A DNA stretch of 64,000 nt, from NCBI RefSeq assembly GCF_041661825.1, contig NZ_JBAZTU010000008.1:58584-122583 (forward strand), in the 5' to 3' direction. The notes under the pieces are model-generated. The model saw only the letters and a program-made list of their open reading frames with translations. It searched no databases and had not been told where the DNA came from. Below are positions 51,394 through 60,851 of the stretch, piece by piece (position 1 is the stretch's first letter; each line of letters begins with the position of its first letter). The stretch is from Sphingomonas sp. GTDB taxonomy: Bacteria > Pseudomonadota > Alphaproteobacteria > Sphingomonadales > Sphingomonadaceae. Both the position numbers and the translations under genes were made by a program.

Positions 51394-54339
51394 TCACCGC
51401 TCCCGAACAGTAACCGCCTTCCCCTCATACACCACGCCCGTAGCCCCATTCTCCGCAAAGTCCGGCGCCACCGCCTTGCCCGGCCCGTAGAACCGCACCG
51501 ACACCGCGCGCTTCGCCGGCATGCCCGCATACCCGCCCTCGCGCGCGCCGATGGTCAGCGTGCGCGTCGCCTGGTTCCAGGTGATCGGCACGCGGGCGTA
51601 CTTGCCCTGGAGATAGGCCGGGCTCACCCCGTCGTCCTCGTAGAGCGAGAAGCTGGCATCGGCGCCGGTGAAGACATGGAGGACGAGCGGGCCGTCGGGC
51701 TGGTCCTTGGTGCTCTGCACTTCTGGGCCGGTGGGCAGGATGCTGCCGGCGCGGACGAAGAGGGGCATGCGCTCGTATGGGGCCGCCGCGGTGATATTGC
51801 GGCCGCCCGGGTGATATGCGCCGGTGTTGAAGTCGTACCAGTTGGCGCCGGCGGGCAGATAGACCTGGCGGGTGCGGGCCTTGAACTGGGTGACGGGGGC
51901 GACGAGCAGGCTGGGGCCGAACAGATATTCGTCGTCGATGCTCCACGTTTTCTTGTCGGCGGCGAAATCCATCACCAGGCCGCGCATGATCGAGCCGTCT
52001 TTCAGGTTCGTGTCGGCGCCGAGCGTGTAGATATAGGGCATCAGCCGGTAGCGGAGCTGATCGTACCAGATCATCGAGCGCTGCATTGCCGGGTCGTCGG
52101 CGGAGATCTCGTAGATCTCGCGCTTCGGCGTCTCGCCATGGCTGCGGAACAGCGGGCTGAACGCGCCGAACTGGAACCAGCGCAAATTGAGCTCGCGCCA
52201 TTCGGCCCGGGCCTCGGGCAGCTGGTTGGTGTAGCGATCCTCCACCGCGAAGCCGCCGATATCGTGCGTCCAGTTGGGCAGGCCCGACATCGACGCGTTG
52301 ACGCCGGCCGAGATCTGGTCGCGCAGATCGTCCCATCGCGCGGCGATGTCGCCCGACCATACCGCCGAGCTGGTGCGCTGCAGCCCGCCGAACCCCGAGC
52401 GGGTGAGGATGAAGGGGCGCACGTCCGGCCGCGCCTCGCGCAGGCCATCCGCCACGCCCTGGGCGTGGACCAGCGGGAAGCTGTTGAACAGGGCGGCGCC
52501 GGGGCCCCTGGCGGTCGGGCCCATCGCGTCGATGCGTTCCTCGATCGACAGGTTGGAGTGGATGTCGGGCTCGGTCGCATCGAGCCACCAGGCGTCGAAG
52601 CCGAGCGTCACCAGCCGTTCGCGGACCTGGCGGAAATAGATTGTCCGCGCTTCGGCCGCATAGGGGTCGTAATCGGTGTTGAGATAGCCGGGGCCGACCC
52701 AGTCCTTGCGCTTCGCGTCGAGATTGCCGTGGTAGAGGAAGCCCTTGGCGTCGAGCTCCTTCGCGTTCGCCGTGTTCGGGTAGAATTTCGGCCAGACCGA
52801 GATCATCACATTGGCGTCGAGCGCATGCACCTCGTCGACCATGGCCTTGGGGTCGGGGAAGCGCTTCTTGTCGAACTCGTGGCTGCCCCATTGGTCCTCG
52901 GGCCAGTAGAACCAGTCCTGCACGATGTTGTCGAGCGGGATGCGGCGCTTGCGATATTCGCGCACGACGCCGAGCAATTGCTCCTGCGTCTCGTAGCGCT
53001 GGCGGCTCTGCCAGAAGCCGTACGCCCATTTGGGCAGCATCGCCGCCTTGCCGGTGAGGGTGCGGTAGCCGGCGACGACAGTGTCCATGCTGGTGCCGCC
53101 GACATAATAATAGTCGGTCGCCTTGCCGACATCCGACGACATCCACAGCGAGTGGCGATCGGGGGCGGGCAGGGGATCGTTGTGGTAGAAGGCGATGTAG
53201 CCCGCGTTGGGTTCCCATTCGATGCGGATGTCGACCGGCTTGCCCTTGACCATGGGCAAAGTGAAATTGTGGAACCAGGGGTTCCAGTTCTGGCGCCAGC
53301 GCTCCAGCACCAGCTTGCCGTCGGCAAAGACCTTCACATAGCTGGAGGAATAGAGCCGGAATTTATGCTCGCCGGTTGAATCCGGGGTGACGGCGCCGGT
53401 CCACACCACATGCTGGGTCTGCACGGTCTTGCCCGCAGTGTTCTGGCCGCTGTCGGCTGAGGCGACGGTCTGCGCCTTGGCGGCGGCGGGCCATTTGTCC
53501 TGGTCGCGGATGTACTCGTAATTGATCACCGGCTCCTGCTGAGTCACCGCGAGTTTGGTGCCGAGATAATATTCAGCCTTCCAGCCGGGGGTGCCGCCGC
53601 TCGTCACCTTCAGCTTCGTGCCGACAAAGGCATAGGGCGTGGGGTTGCCGAAGCGGGTGATCGAATTGTTGTCCCACAGCAGCCCGTAATTGCGGGTGGA
53701 GACGAGGAACGGGACGGCGATGTCCATATTGTGCTGGGCGAGCTCGACGTCCTCGCCATTGTAATTCATCTGGCGGTTCTGGTGCTGGCCGAGGCCGTAG
53801 AAACCTTCGTCGGTGCCGCGGTTGAACTGTTGCTGCGTGGCGAGCCAGGGCTTGCCGTCGAGCGTGACGGGGTTGAACGCGCCGCGGGCGGCTTCGTCCA
53901 GGGTGAGCTTGCCGGTGGCGTCGCGGAAGGCGATGTGGCCGTCGCTGAGGCGGATTTCGGCGGTGGCTTTGGCGGTCTTTAGGGTGACGAGGCCGTTGGC
54001 TTCGGTGATGGCGAGATCGCCGTGCGGTTTCGCGGTGACCATCAGGCTGTCGGGCAGGTCGAGCGACGTGCCGGGGACGGCGGTGACGCGGAAGCTGTCC
54101 TCGCCATAGACGAGCACGCGGACACGCTTCGCCGGGCCGCTGTCCGGGGTGACGACCACGCCGTGATCGACGCGCTGGACATCGGCGGCGAGCGCGGTGG
54201 TGGAGGTGGTGGCGAGCAGGATTGCTGCGGCGAAGAGGGCGGGGCCTTTGGGGCGAGTGAAACTGCTTCTCTCCCTCTCCCACCGGGAGAGGGAAGGGGC
54301 CCGCCGCGAAGCGGTGGGAAGGGTGAGGGTGACGGGCAC
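51394..54339 (-). CDS. Exported GH31 glycosidase (alpha-xylosidase-like by context)
   Basis: Contains IPLDNIVQDWFYWPEDQWGSHEFDKKRFPDPKAMVDEVHALDANVMISVWPKF and FDAWWLDATEPD (nucleophile region). Signal-like segment is KGPALFAAAILLATTSTTALAADV. The start is uncertain: there is no ATG, GTG or TTG directly before the signal peptide. GTG 54339 is proposed and TTG 54471 is possible. Confidence 0.85.
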   Translation of the reverse strand: MPVTLTLPTASRRAPSLSRWERERSSFTRPKGPALFAAAILLATTSTTALAADVQRVDHGVVVTPDSGPAKRVRVLVYGEDSFRVTAVPGTSLDLPDSLMVTAKPHGDLAITEANGLVTLKTAKATAEIRLSDGHIAFRDATGKLTLDEAARGAFNPVTLDGKPWLATQQQFNRGTDEGFYGLGQHQNRQMNYNGEDVELAQHNMDIAVPFLVSTRNYGLLWDNNSITRFGNPTPYAFVGTKLKVTSGGTPGWKAEYYLGTKLAVTQQEPVINYEYIRDQDKWPAAAKAQTVASADSGQNTAGKTVQTQHVVWTGAVTPDSTGEHKFRLYSSSYVKVFADGKLVLERWRQNWNPWFHNFTLPMVKGKPVDIRIEWEPNAGYIAFYHNDPLPAPDRHSLWMSSDVGKATDYYYVGGTSMDTVVAGYRTLTGKAAMLPKWAYGFWQSRQRYETQEQLLGVVREYRKRRIPLDNIVQDWFYWPEDQWGSHEFDKKRFPDPKAMVDEVHALDANVMISVWPKFYPNTANAKELDAKGFLYHGNLDAKRKDWVGPGYLNTDYDPYAAEARTIYFRQVRERLVTLGFDAWWLDATEPDIHSNLSIEERIDAMGPTARGPGAALFNSFPLVHAQGVADGLREARPDVRPFILTRSGFGGLQRTSSAVWSGDIAARWDDLRDQISAGVNASMSGLPNWTHDIGGFAVEDRYTNQLPEARAEWRELNLRWFQFGAFSPLFRSHGETPKREIYEISADDPAMQRSMIWYDQLRYRLMPYIYTLGADTNLKDGSIMRGLVMDFAADKKTWSIDDEYLFGPSLLVAPVTQFKARTRQVYLPAGANWYDFNTGAYHPGGRNITAAAPYERMPLFVRAGSILPTGPEVQSTKDQPDGPLVLHVFTGADASFSLYEDDGVSPAYLQGKYARVPITWNQATRTLTIGAREGGYAGMPAKRAVSVRFYGPGKAVAPDFAENGATGVVYEGKAVTVRER

Positions 54340-54406
54340 GAGCGTCTCGTACTCAACCTCACCCCGCGCCGCTGCGCAGCTTGCCCCTCTCCTGAGAGGA
54401 GAGGGG
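54272..54406. repeat. Two REP-like GC hairpins sharing a CCCTCTCC/GGAGAGGG core
   Basis: Hairpin 1 is TCCCTCTCCC-acc-GGGAGAGGGA (54272-54294). Hairpin 2 is CCCCTCTCC-tgaga-GGAGAGGGG (54384-54406). Confidence 0.6.
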
Positions 54407-54454
54407 AAGAAGTCGCGATTCTTGCTCGTGCGATTCTGACTCACGTCGTCTCTC

Positions 54455-56068
54455 CTATTGCCAGGTCGCAAGCTTCACGCGGAGCAGTTGCGGCTCCGCG
54501 GTGAAGTTGAGGCCGTAATCGGTCTGGTCGCCGTTCCACAGGCGATCGAACACCCAGGCGCCATCGACATAATGGCCTTCCTCGACGCGTTCGAGCATCA
54601 GGTGGCGCTTGCCGGGGTCGGTCAGGGCGAAGTCCACGCGGGCATGGAAGCCGGTGACGAGATATTCGGACGGGCCCAGCCGCGCGATGGCGACGCCGCC
54701 CGAGGGAGTCTCGTTGCCGGTCGGGGCGGGCGTGCCGAATTGCGGGATGCCGAAGCTGATGGTCGCCTTGTGGACGCCGAGATCGAGCGATTGCGCGTGC
54801 TTCGCGGCCGGATCGGTCGGCTCGGCGGCGCCCCAGACCTGGCCTTCATAGGCGAGCTTCGCCCAGACGCGTTCGAGCGGGCGGAACAGGCGGTAATTGC
54901 GGGCAAAGGCTTCGATCGTTTCCGGATCGAGTGCCTTGGCGCCGAGCGGGAAGTTGGAATATTTCGTGGCGTCCATGCCGAACGGCGCCCAGCCGATCGC
55001 GCCGCGGCCGATCGCGGGGAAGAAATAGCGGGCATAGGGACGGGCATTGCCGGTCTCTGGCACGAACAGCGGATTGTCCGGCCGGGCATAGCGATCGAGA
55101 TAGCCGAGATACTGCGCGTGATCGGGATTGTAGATGTCGGGGCCGACCACATCGAGATGCGGGGCGGCGGCCTTGTAGACGTCGATCACCGGATGCGAGG
55201 GGCCGCCCGAGGCGAAGGTGTTCGGGTCCTGCCAGACGAACGGATTGCTGGTGAGCGCGGCATTCGAATACATGGGGAGCGGCTTCACTGCCTTGCCGGC
55301 GGCGGCGATCGCATCGATGTAACTGGCGACGTACCAGCTGTGGAAGAACAACTCGGCGTCGCGGCCGTAGAGCTGGGACCAGCTGCCGGGTTTCTTGCCG
55401 GTCTGTTTCACCAGAGCGGCGGGGACGGGGCCGGCGAACAGGCGGTTGGCCTCGGGCGAATGATCGCGGGCGCTGCCATAGCTGCCGGGTTCGTTCTCGA
55501 CCTGCACCATGATGACGGTGTTGGCCTGATCCTTGTCCTTCAGGTGGCGCATCAGCGCGACGAAGGCCTTTTTGTCCGCTTCGAGGGTGGTCGCGCCGTG
55601 CGGGGTGAGCGCGTAATGCGTTGCGCCCTTGCCGTCGATCATGCGGGGGAAGCGCTTGTTGTCGAGCTTGACCCAGGACGGGGCGTAATTGGGGCCGGTG
55701 TTTTTCCAGGTGCCGAACCAGAGCAGCACGAGGCGGACCTTATGCTCGCGCGCTTCGTCGAGCAGGGTGTCGAGGAAGGAGAAGTCGAACTTCCCCTCTA
55801 GCGGCTCGATCTGTTCCCAGGCGATCGGCACCTCGACCGTGTTGGCGTGGAGCTGGTCGATCACCGGCCAGATTTTGGGCAGCATGGCGGGCCAGGCGCT
55901 GCTGTTGTTGACCTGCGCACCGAGCATCAGGAACGGGCTGCCGTCGACGATCAGCGCGTGGCGGCCGTCGCGGCTTTCGATGCGGGGCAGCGGGCCGGGG
56001 GCGGCGAGCGCGGTGCTGGCGAGCGCAACCGAAGCCATTGCCCAGCATAAGAGGCCCTTGAGCGCCAT
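54455..56068 (-). CDS. Exported GH35-like beta-galactosidase (clan GH-A) with a C-terminal beta-sandwich
   Basis: Preferred start is ATG 56068, after GGAGAGGGGG. Signal peptide is MALKGLLCWAMASVALASTALA. Contains ANTVEVPIAWEQIEPLEGKFDF and VIMVQVENEPG (acid/base NEP). Confidence 0.75.
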   Translation of the reverse strand: MALKGLLCWAMASVALASTALAAPGPLPRIESRDGRHALIVDGSPFLMLGAQVNNSSAWPAMLPKIWPVIDQLHANTVEVPIAWEQIEPLEGKFDFSFLDTLLDEAREHKVRLVLLWFGTWKNTGPNYAPSWVKLDNKRFPRMIDGKGATHYALTPHGATTLEADKKAFVALMRHLKDKDQANTVIMVQVENEPGSYGSARDHSPEANRLFAGPVPAALVKQTGKKPGSWSQLYGRDAELFFHSWYVASYIDAIAAAGKAVKPLPMYSNAALTSNPFVWQDPNTFASGGPSHPVIDVYKAAAPHLDVVGPDIYNPDHAQYLGYLDRYARPDNPLFVPETGNARPYARYFFPAIGRGAIGWAPFGMDATKYSNFPLGAKALDPETIEAFARNYRLFRPLERVWAKLAYEGQVWGAAEPTDPAAKHAQSLDLGVHKATISFGIPQFGTPAPTGNETPSGGVAIARLGPSEYLVTGFHARVDFALTDPGKRHLMLERVEEGHYVDGAWVFDRLWNGDQTDYGLNFTAEPQLLRVKLATWQ

Positions 56069-56108
56069 TTTCCCCCTCTCCATTGTCCGATTCCGGCTGG
56101 GCGTACTA

Positions 56109-56154
56109 TCTCAGTGAAAACGTACTTTGCCAATGAAAATCGTTGGCGGGTCAG
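56109..56154. promoter_or_regulatory. Operator-like site 3: two partial copies
   Basis: The reverse complement of 56109-56130 is GCAAAGTACGTTTTCACTGAGA, which shares CGTTTTCAC with site 1. 56133-56154 is ATGAAAATCGTTGGCGGGTCAG, which shares TGAAAATCGTT with site 2. Both lie just upstream of the GH35-like gene. Confidence 0.4.
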
Positions 56155-57230
56155 GCGGAGCGTAGCGCTTTCGCGTGCGGGCGCCTGCGCGGTGCGGCGT
56201 CGGACTGGCGGCGGACCAGGGTGAAGTCGAGCTGGAGGTGGCGCGGCGGCTCGCGGTGGCCGTCGCGGCGGCTGTGGATTTCCTTGACCAGCAGCTCGAC
56301 CGCGGCGAGCGCCATGTCAGTGATCGGCTGGTGGATCGTGGTCAGCTCGGGCCAGATGGTGGTGGCGAGCGCGGTGTCGTCGAAGCCGCACACCGCAAGA
56401 TCGTTGGGCACGTCGAGCCCGTGGCGGTGCGCGACGGCGACGGTGGCGGCGGCCATGTCGTCGTTGCTGGCGAAGATCGCGGTGGGCGGGCTGGCGGTGC
56501 CGAGGAGTTGCTCGGCGGCGTCGAGGCCGGAGCGGTAGGTGAAGAGGCCCTGGACGACGAGGGTCTCATCACAAGCCAGGCCGACCGCTTCCAGCGCATC
56601 GCGGTAGCCGGCGAGGCGACGTTCGCTTGCGGTCTGGTCGGGGTTGCCGATGATGAAACCGATGCGCTGATGGCCGAGCGCGGCGATGTGGCGCGTCATC
56701 TCGAACGCGGCGCGGTGATCGTCGATGCTGACGGCGGAGAAACCCGGCGCGGGATCGCCGCTGGCGACAGTGACCGCCAGGCCGTCCGCCTGGCGCAATA
56801 TCTCGAGCAATGGCTGGGAATCGCACAGGGGCGGGGGCAGCACGATGCCCTCGATGCCGCCGCTCAGCAGCCGGGTGGCGGCTTCCCTGGCCTGTTCGAG
56901 GCCGTCGCATTTCTCGACGATGATCTGGACATTGGCGCGGCTGGCATAATCGAGGCTGCCGACCAGGAATTCGCTGAGATAGGCGGCGCTGGGGTTGCTG
57001 TAGAGCAGGCCGATCCGCACCGGCGCCGCGCCGGACAGGCTGCGCGCCGCGGGGTTGGGGGTGTAGCTGAGCGCCTTGATCGCGGCGTCGACCAGCTCGC
57101 GGGTCGACCAATGCACATTGTCGCCGCCGTTGAGCACGCGCGACACCGTCATCGGCGATACCCCGGCCTTGCGCGCGACATCCTTGATGGTGGCGGCGTT
57201 GCGCTGCCGTCGGGACCGTTGCTGCTTCAT
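56151..57230 (-). CDS. LacI-family transcription regulator (copy 1)
   Basis: N-terminal HTH is ATIKDVARKAGVSPMTVSRVLNG, followed by a periplasmic-binding-fold sugar domain. Confidence 0.9.
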   Translation of the reverse strand: MKQQRSRRQRNAATIKDVARKAGVSPMTVSRVLNGGDNVHWSTRELVDAAIKALSYTPNPAARSLSGAAPVRIGLLYSNPSAAYLSEFLVGSLDYASRANVQIIVEKCDGLEQAREAATRLLSGGIEGIVLPPPLCDSQPLLEILRQADGLAVTVASGDPAPGFSAVSIDDHRAAFEMTRHIAALGHQRIGFIIGNPDQTASERRLAGYRDALEAVGLACDETLVVQGLFTYRSGLDAAEQLLGTASPPTAIFASNDDMAAATVAVAHRHGLDVPNDLAVCGFDDTALATTIWPELTTIHQPITDMALAAVELLVKEIHSRRDGHREPPRHLQLDFTLVRRQSDAAPRRRPHAKALRSA

Positions 57231-57258
57231 CTATCAGCCTCCCGGGTCATGCCGTCGC

Positions 57259-58311
57259 TCAGCCCTTCCGGGGCGGCGCGGTCGAGCTGCGCAGTTCGAG
57301 CGTTGCCGGCACCACGACCGGCGCGTCGGGCACGGTGCGGCCGGAACGATCGGCGATGATCAGCTCGACCGCCCGGGCGACCACGCCGGCGATCGGCTGT
57401 ACCACCGCTGTCAATGGCGGGTGCGTGAAGCGGACGATCGGCGTGTCGTCGAAGCTGATCAGCGACAGGTCGCGCGGCACGTCGATGCCGCGCTCCCGAC
57501 CGGTCTCGAGCGTGGCCAGCGCCATCTGGTCGTTGCTGGCGATGATCGCGGTCGGCGGCGCGGCGCGGTCGAACAGCTCGGTCGCGGCCCTTCGGCCCGA
57601 GGCGTAGCTGAAATCGCCCTCGGCGAGCAGGTCCGTTTCCAGGCCCGCCTCCGCCATCGCCGCGCGCCAGCCCAGGACGCGCCAGGTGCTGAGTTCATAT
57701 TCGGGGGAGCCCGCAATGAGGCCGATCCGGCGATGACCGAGCCCGATGAGATGCTCGGTCGCCATGCGCGCGGCATGCTCGTCGTCCATCGTGAGCGCGA
57801 AGCCTGGCCCTTCGGTGAGCGAGCCGATGCGGGCGAAGCTGATCTTCTGTGCTTCGAGCAGCTCGGTGATGAGCGGGTTCTGCGAATGCGGCGGGGTGAG
57901 GATCACGCCGTCGGGCTGGAGTGCGGCGATCGCGCCGAGCAGCTCGCGCTCGATATGGTCGCTATGCGTGTCGACCAGCTCGACGATCATGCGATAGCCA
58001 TGCTCGGCGCAGGTCAGCATGCCGCCGAGCAGCATCTGGTCGATCCAGTCGGCGCCCTCGCGCTTGCGCCAGTCGGCGATGGTGCGCTCGCGGTCGTTGA
58101 GCGCGAGGATGAGATAGGAGCGTGAGCCGCTCATGCGCTGCGCGGCAATCGAGGGCACATAGCCGAGCTTGTCGATCGACGCCTGGACCCGGAGCGTCAT
58201 TTCGGGCCGGACGTTCGGCTCCTTGTTGATCACGCGGCTGACCGTCTGGAGCGACACGCCGGCATCGGCGGCGACATGCTTGATCGTGACGGCCTGCCGT
58301 CGCCTTGCCAT
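57259..58311 (-). CDS. LacI-family transcription regulator (copy 2)
   Basis: N-terminal HTH is VTIKHVAADAGVSLQTVSRVINK. Confidence 0.9.
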   Translation of the reverse strand: MARRRQAVTIKHVAADAGVSLQTVSRVINKEPNVRPEMTLRVQASIDKLGYVPSIAAQRMSGSRSYLILALNDRERTIADWRKREGADWIDQMLLGGMLTCAEHGYRMIVELVDTHSDHIERELLGAIAALQPDGVILTPPHSQNPLITELLEAQKISFARIGSLTEGPGFALTMDDEHAARMATEHLIGLGHRRIGLIAGSPEYELSTWRVLGWRAAMAEAGLETDLLAEGDFSYASGRRAATELFDRAAPPTAIIASNDQMALATLETGRERGIDVPRDLSLISFDDTPIVRFTHPPLTAVVQPIAGVVARAVELIIADRSGRTVPDAPVVVPATLELRSSTAPPRKG

Positions 58312-58314
58312 GCC

Positions 58315-59823
58315 TCAGGCCCGCGCGGCTGGGGTCGACGCGCCGCAATAGCGGGCGACATAGGCGCCGTGCTCGGGCAGCGAGGCGACGGTGCGGGTGA
58401 CGTTGTCGCGGATCGTGCCGAGCAGCTTGTCGAGCTCCGCATCGGGCAGCTTCTCGGCGATCGGGTGATAGGAACGGGGCGTGATGCCCTGGCCCATCAT
58501 CACCTGGACCCAGCTGTTTTCGGCGAACAGCTCCTCGTTCTTGCGAAAGACGCGGCCGGTTTCGCGGAACAGCTCGATCTTCTGGGCGAGCGTGTCGGGG
58601 ATCGGCATTGCCGCGCATTGCCGCCAGAACGGGCTGTCGCGGCGTTCGGTCGCCTTGTAGTGGAGGATCAGGAAGTCGCGGATCTGGCGCGCATCCTCGT
58701 CCTGCTGGTCGTTGAACTCGGCCACGTCGCGCGCGCTGATCTCGCCCAGCGGCATCATCCGGATCAGCCGCAGCACGGCGCGCTGGATCAGGTGGATGCT
58801 GGTGGATTCGAGCGGCTCCATGAAACCGCCGGACAGGCCGATCGCGATGCAGTTGCGATACCATTGGCGCCGCCGCGAGCCGGTGGTGAAGCGGAGCATA
58901 TTGGGTTCGGTCAGGACCTCGCCCTCGACATTGCCGAGCAGCCGTTCGAGCGCGGCGTCGCGCGACAGATAGCGGCTGCAATAGACCAGGCCGTTGCCGC
59001 TGCGATGCTGCAGCGGGATGCGCCATTGCCAGCCGGCATCGTGCGCCATGGCGCGGGTATAGGGGACGGGCGGGCGGACATTCTCGGTCTGAAGCGCGAT
59101 GGCGCTGTCGCACGGCAGGTAATGAGTCCAGTCGTCGAAGCCGGCGTGCAGCGCCTGCTCGATCAGCACCGCGCGAAAGCCGGTGCAATCGAGGAACAGG
59201 TCGCCCTCGATGCGCGTGCCCGATTCGAGCACCAGCGCGGCGATGTCGCCGCTCTCGCCGTCGAGATCGACCTGGGCGATCTTGCCCTCGATGCGCTTCG
59301 TGCCGTCGCCCTCGGCCATGGTGCGCAGGAACTTGGCGTAGAGCGTGGAATCGAGCTGATAGGCGTAGTTCATCCCGTCGTCCGGGAGATGTGCGAACTT
59401 GCCCTGCAGCGCGGCGATCAGCTCGAGGCAATAATCGTCATAGGATTGCTCATAGCCCTTGCTGCGGGCGTAGAGCCAGAAATGCTGGAAGCCGGCCGAC
59501 CAGTGATCCTTGCCGGTCAGGCCGAAGCTGTGGAAATAGCGGTCGCCGATAGTCTTCCAGTCGTCGAACAATATGCCCAGCTTGAAGGTCGCCTGGGTGG
59601 CGCGCATGAAATCGGCCTCGTTGATGCCGAGCAGCCGGTTATAGGTGACGAGCGGAGGGATGGTGGATTCGCCCACGCCGATCGTGCCGATCGCGTCGGA
59701 TTCGACCAGGGTCACCTCGACCGTCCGGCCCATCGTCCGCGCAATCGCCGCCGCGGCCATCCATCCGGCCGTGCCGCCACCGGCGATGACGATGCGTCGT
59801 GGGTTCGGAAGGCCGTCAGTCAT
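58315..59823 (-). CDS. Flavin-dependent tryptophan-halogenase-family protein (copy 3)
   Basis: Internal ATG at 59823, ATGA-coupled. Contains RIVIAGGGTAGWMAA, IGTIGVGEST and GWQWRIPLQHRSGNGLVY. Confidence 0.85.
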   Translation of the reverse strand: MTDGLPNPRRIVIAGGGTAGWMAAAAIARTMGRTVEVTLVESDAIGTIGVGESTIPPLVTYNRLLGINEADFMRATQATFKLGILFDDWKTIGDRYFHSFGLTGKDHWSAGFQHFWLYARSKGYEQSYDDYCLELIAALQGKFAHLPDDGMNYAYQLDSTLYAKFLRTMAEGDGTKRIEGKIAQVDLDGESGDIAALVLESGTRIEGDLFLDCTGFRAVLIEQALHAGFDDWTHYLPCDSAIALQTENVRPPVPYTRAMAHDAGWQWRIPLQHRSGNGLVYCSRYLSRDAALERLLGNVEGEVLTEPNMLRFTTGSRRRQWYRNCIAIGLSGGFMEPLESTSIHLIQRAVLRLIRMMPLGEISARDVAEFNDQQDEDARQIRDFLILHYKATERRDSPFWRQCAAMPIPDTLAQKIELFRETGRVFRKNEELFAENSWVQVMMGQGITPRSYHPIAEKLPDAELDKLLGTIRDNVTRTVASLPEHGAYVARYCGASTPAARA

Positions 59824-60851
59824 AGGCTCAATTGCCTCAGCAGGAACGCGCGGATTCGGCCGGCGCTTTCGGGGGTCAGGGGGGCGAGGATGCTGCGGCC
59901 TTCCTCGGGGATATGCGCGGTCACGTCGTCGGCGTTGCCGAAGACATAATAGTCGAACAGGTCGCGCCAATAGGCCTTCTGGTCGTCGGGCAGCTCGCGG
60001 ATCGAGAGCAGCGCATGGTTGAGCGCGTCCTGCGGCTGGCCGAGCCAGCGCGGGGTTTCGCGCCACCAGTAATTGACCAGGATGTTGAACGGCTCGAGCC
60101 CCTCGACATGGTGCCACCAGAGCGCCGGGATATAGAGCGCGTCGCCTGCCTCGAGCTCGACGGTCTGGGCATGGGCCAGCGCCTCGCGGAAGCGCGGGTG
60201 CGCTTCGAAATCGGGCGCGTGGAAATCGACCATGCTGATCGCGCGGCCGGCCGGCGTGTTGTCGATCGGGCCAAGATAGAGGTTGCGGAACTGCTCGCGC
60301 GGGAAGAGCGTGAAGCGGCGGCGGCCGACCGCGACGCAGGCGAGATTGTTGGGCACGTCGTTATGCGCGGCGATCCGCGTGCGCGTGCCCATCCAGATGC
60401 TGGCGAGGCTGGTGCGGTCGCCGAGGTCGACATGGTTGGCTTCGTGCAGGCCGTCGAAATATTCGTGCATGTCGATCGAGGCGAGATAGATGGGCGGCGC
60501 GTCCGCCCGGCCTTCGTTCGCGTCGATCTTCGCGAAGATCTCGGGCAGTTTGGCGCGCAGCATGTGGAAGTTCATGCCCATGGCGTCGTTGTAGAACAGC
60601 CGTCCGCCCGATGCCGGCGACCCCACCGATACCGCGAAGGGAACGTCGCGGTGCCGCTCCAGCAGATAGCTGCGGGCCTCCTGGTTCGAGCGCCTGCCCG
60701 CCTGCACCAGCGGCCAGTCGGCGACCAGCCCGCGCACCACAAAAGGACGATCTGTTTCGCGCAGCAGCGCGTCGAGCGCCGCCGCGTCGGTGATCGTGAC
60801 TTCGGGCACCAGCGCGAGCGCCTTGAAGATCGTTGGATCGGCTTCAGCCAT
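59820..60851 (-). CDS. JmjC/cupin-8-like putative oxygenase (copy 2)
   Basis: Contains RIAAHNDVPNNLACVAVGRRRFTLFP (HxD) and ALYIPALWWHHVEGL. Start is the ATG at 60851. Confidence 0.7.
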   Translation of the reverse strand: MAEADPTIFKALALVPEVTITDAAALDALLRETDRPFVVRGLVADWPLVQAGRRSNQEARSYLLERHRDVPFAVSVGSPASGGRLFYNDAMGMNFHMLRAKLPEIFAKIDANEGRADAPPIYLASIDMHEYFDGLHEANHVDLGDRTSLASIWMGTRTRIAAHNDVPNNLACVAVGRRRFTLFPREQFRNLYLGPIDNTPAGRAISMVDFHAPDFEAHPRFREALAHAQTVELEAGDALYIPALWWHHVEGLEPFNILVNYWWRETPRWLGQPQDALNHALLSIRELPDDQKAYWRDLFDYYVFGNADDVTAHIPEEGRSILAPLTPESAGRIRAFLLRQLSL

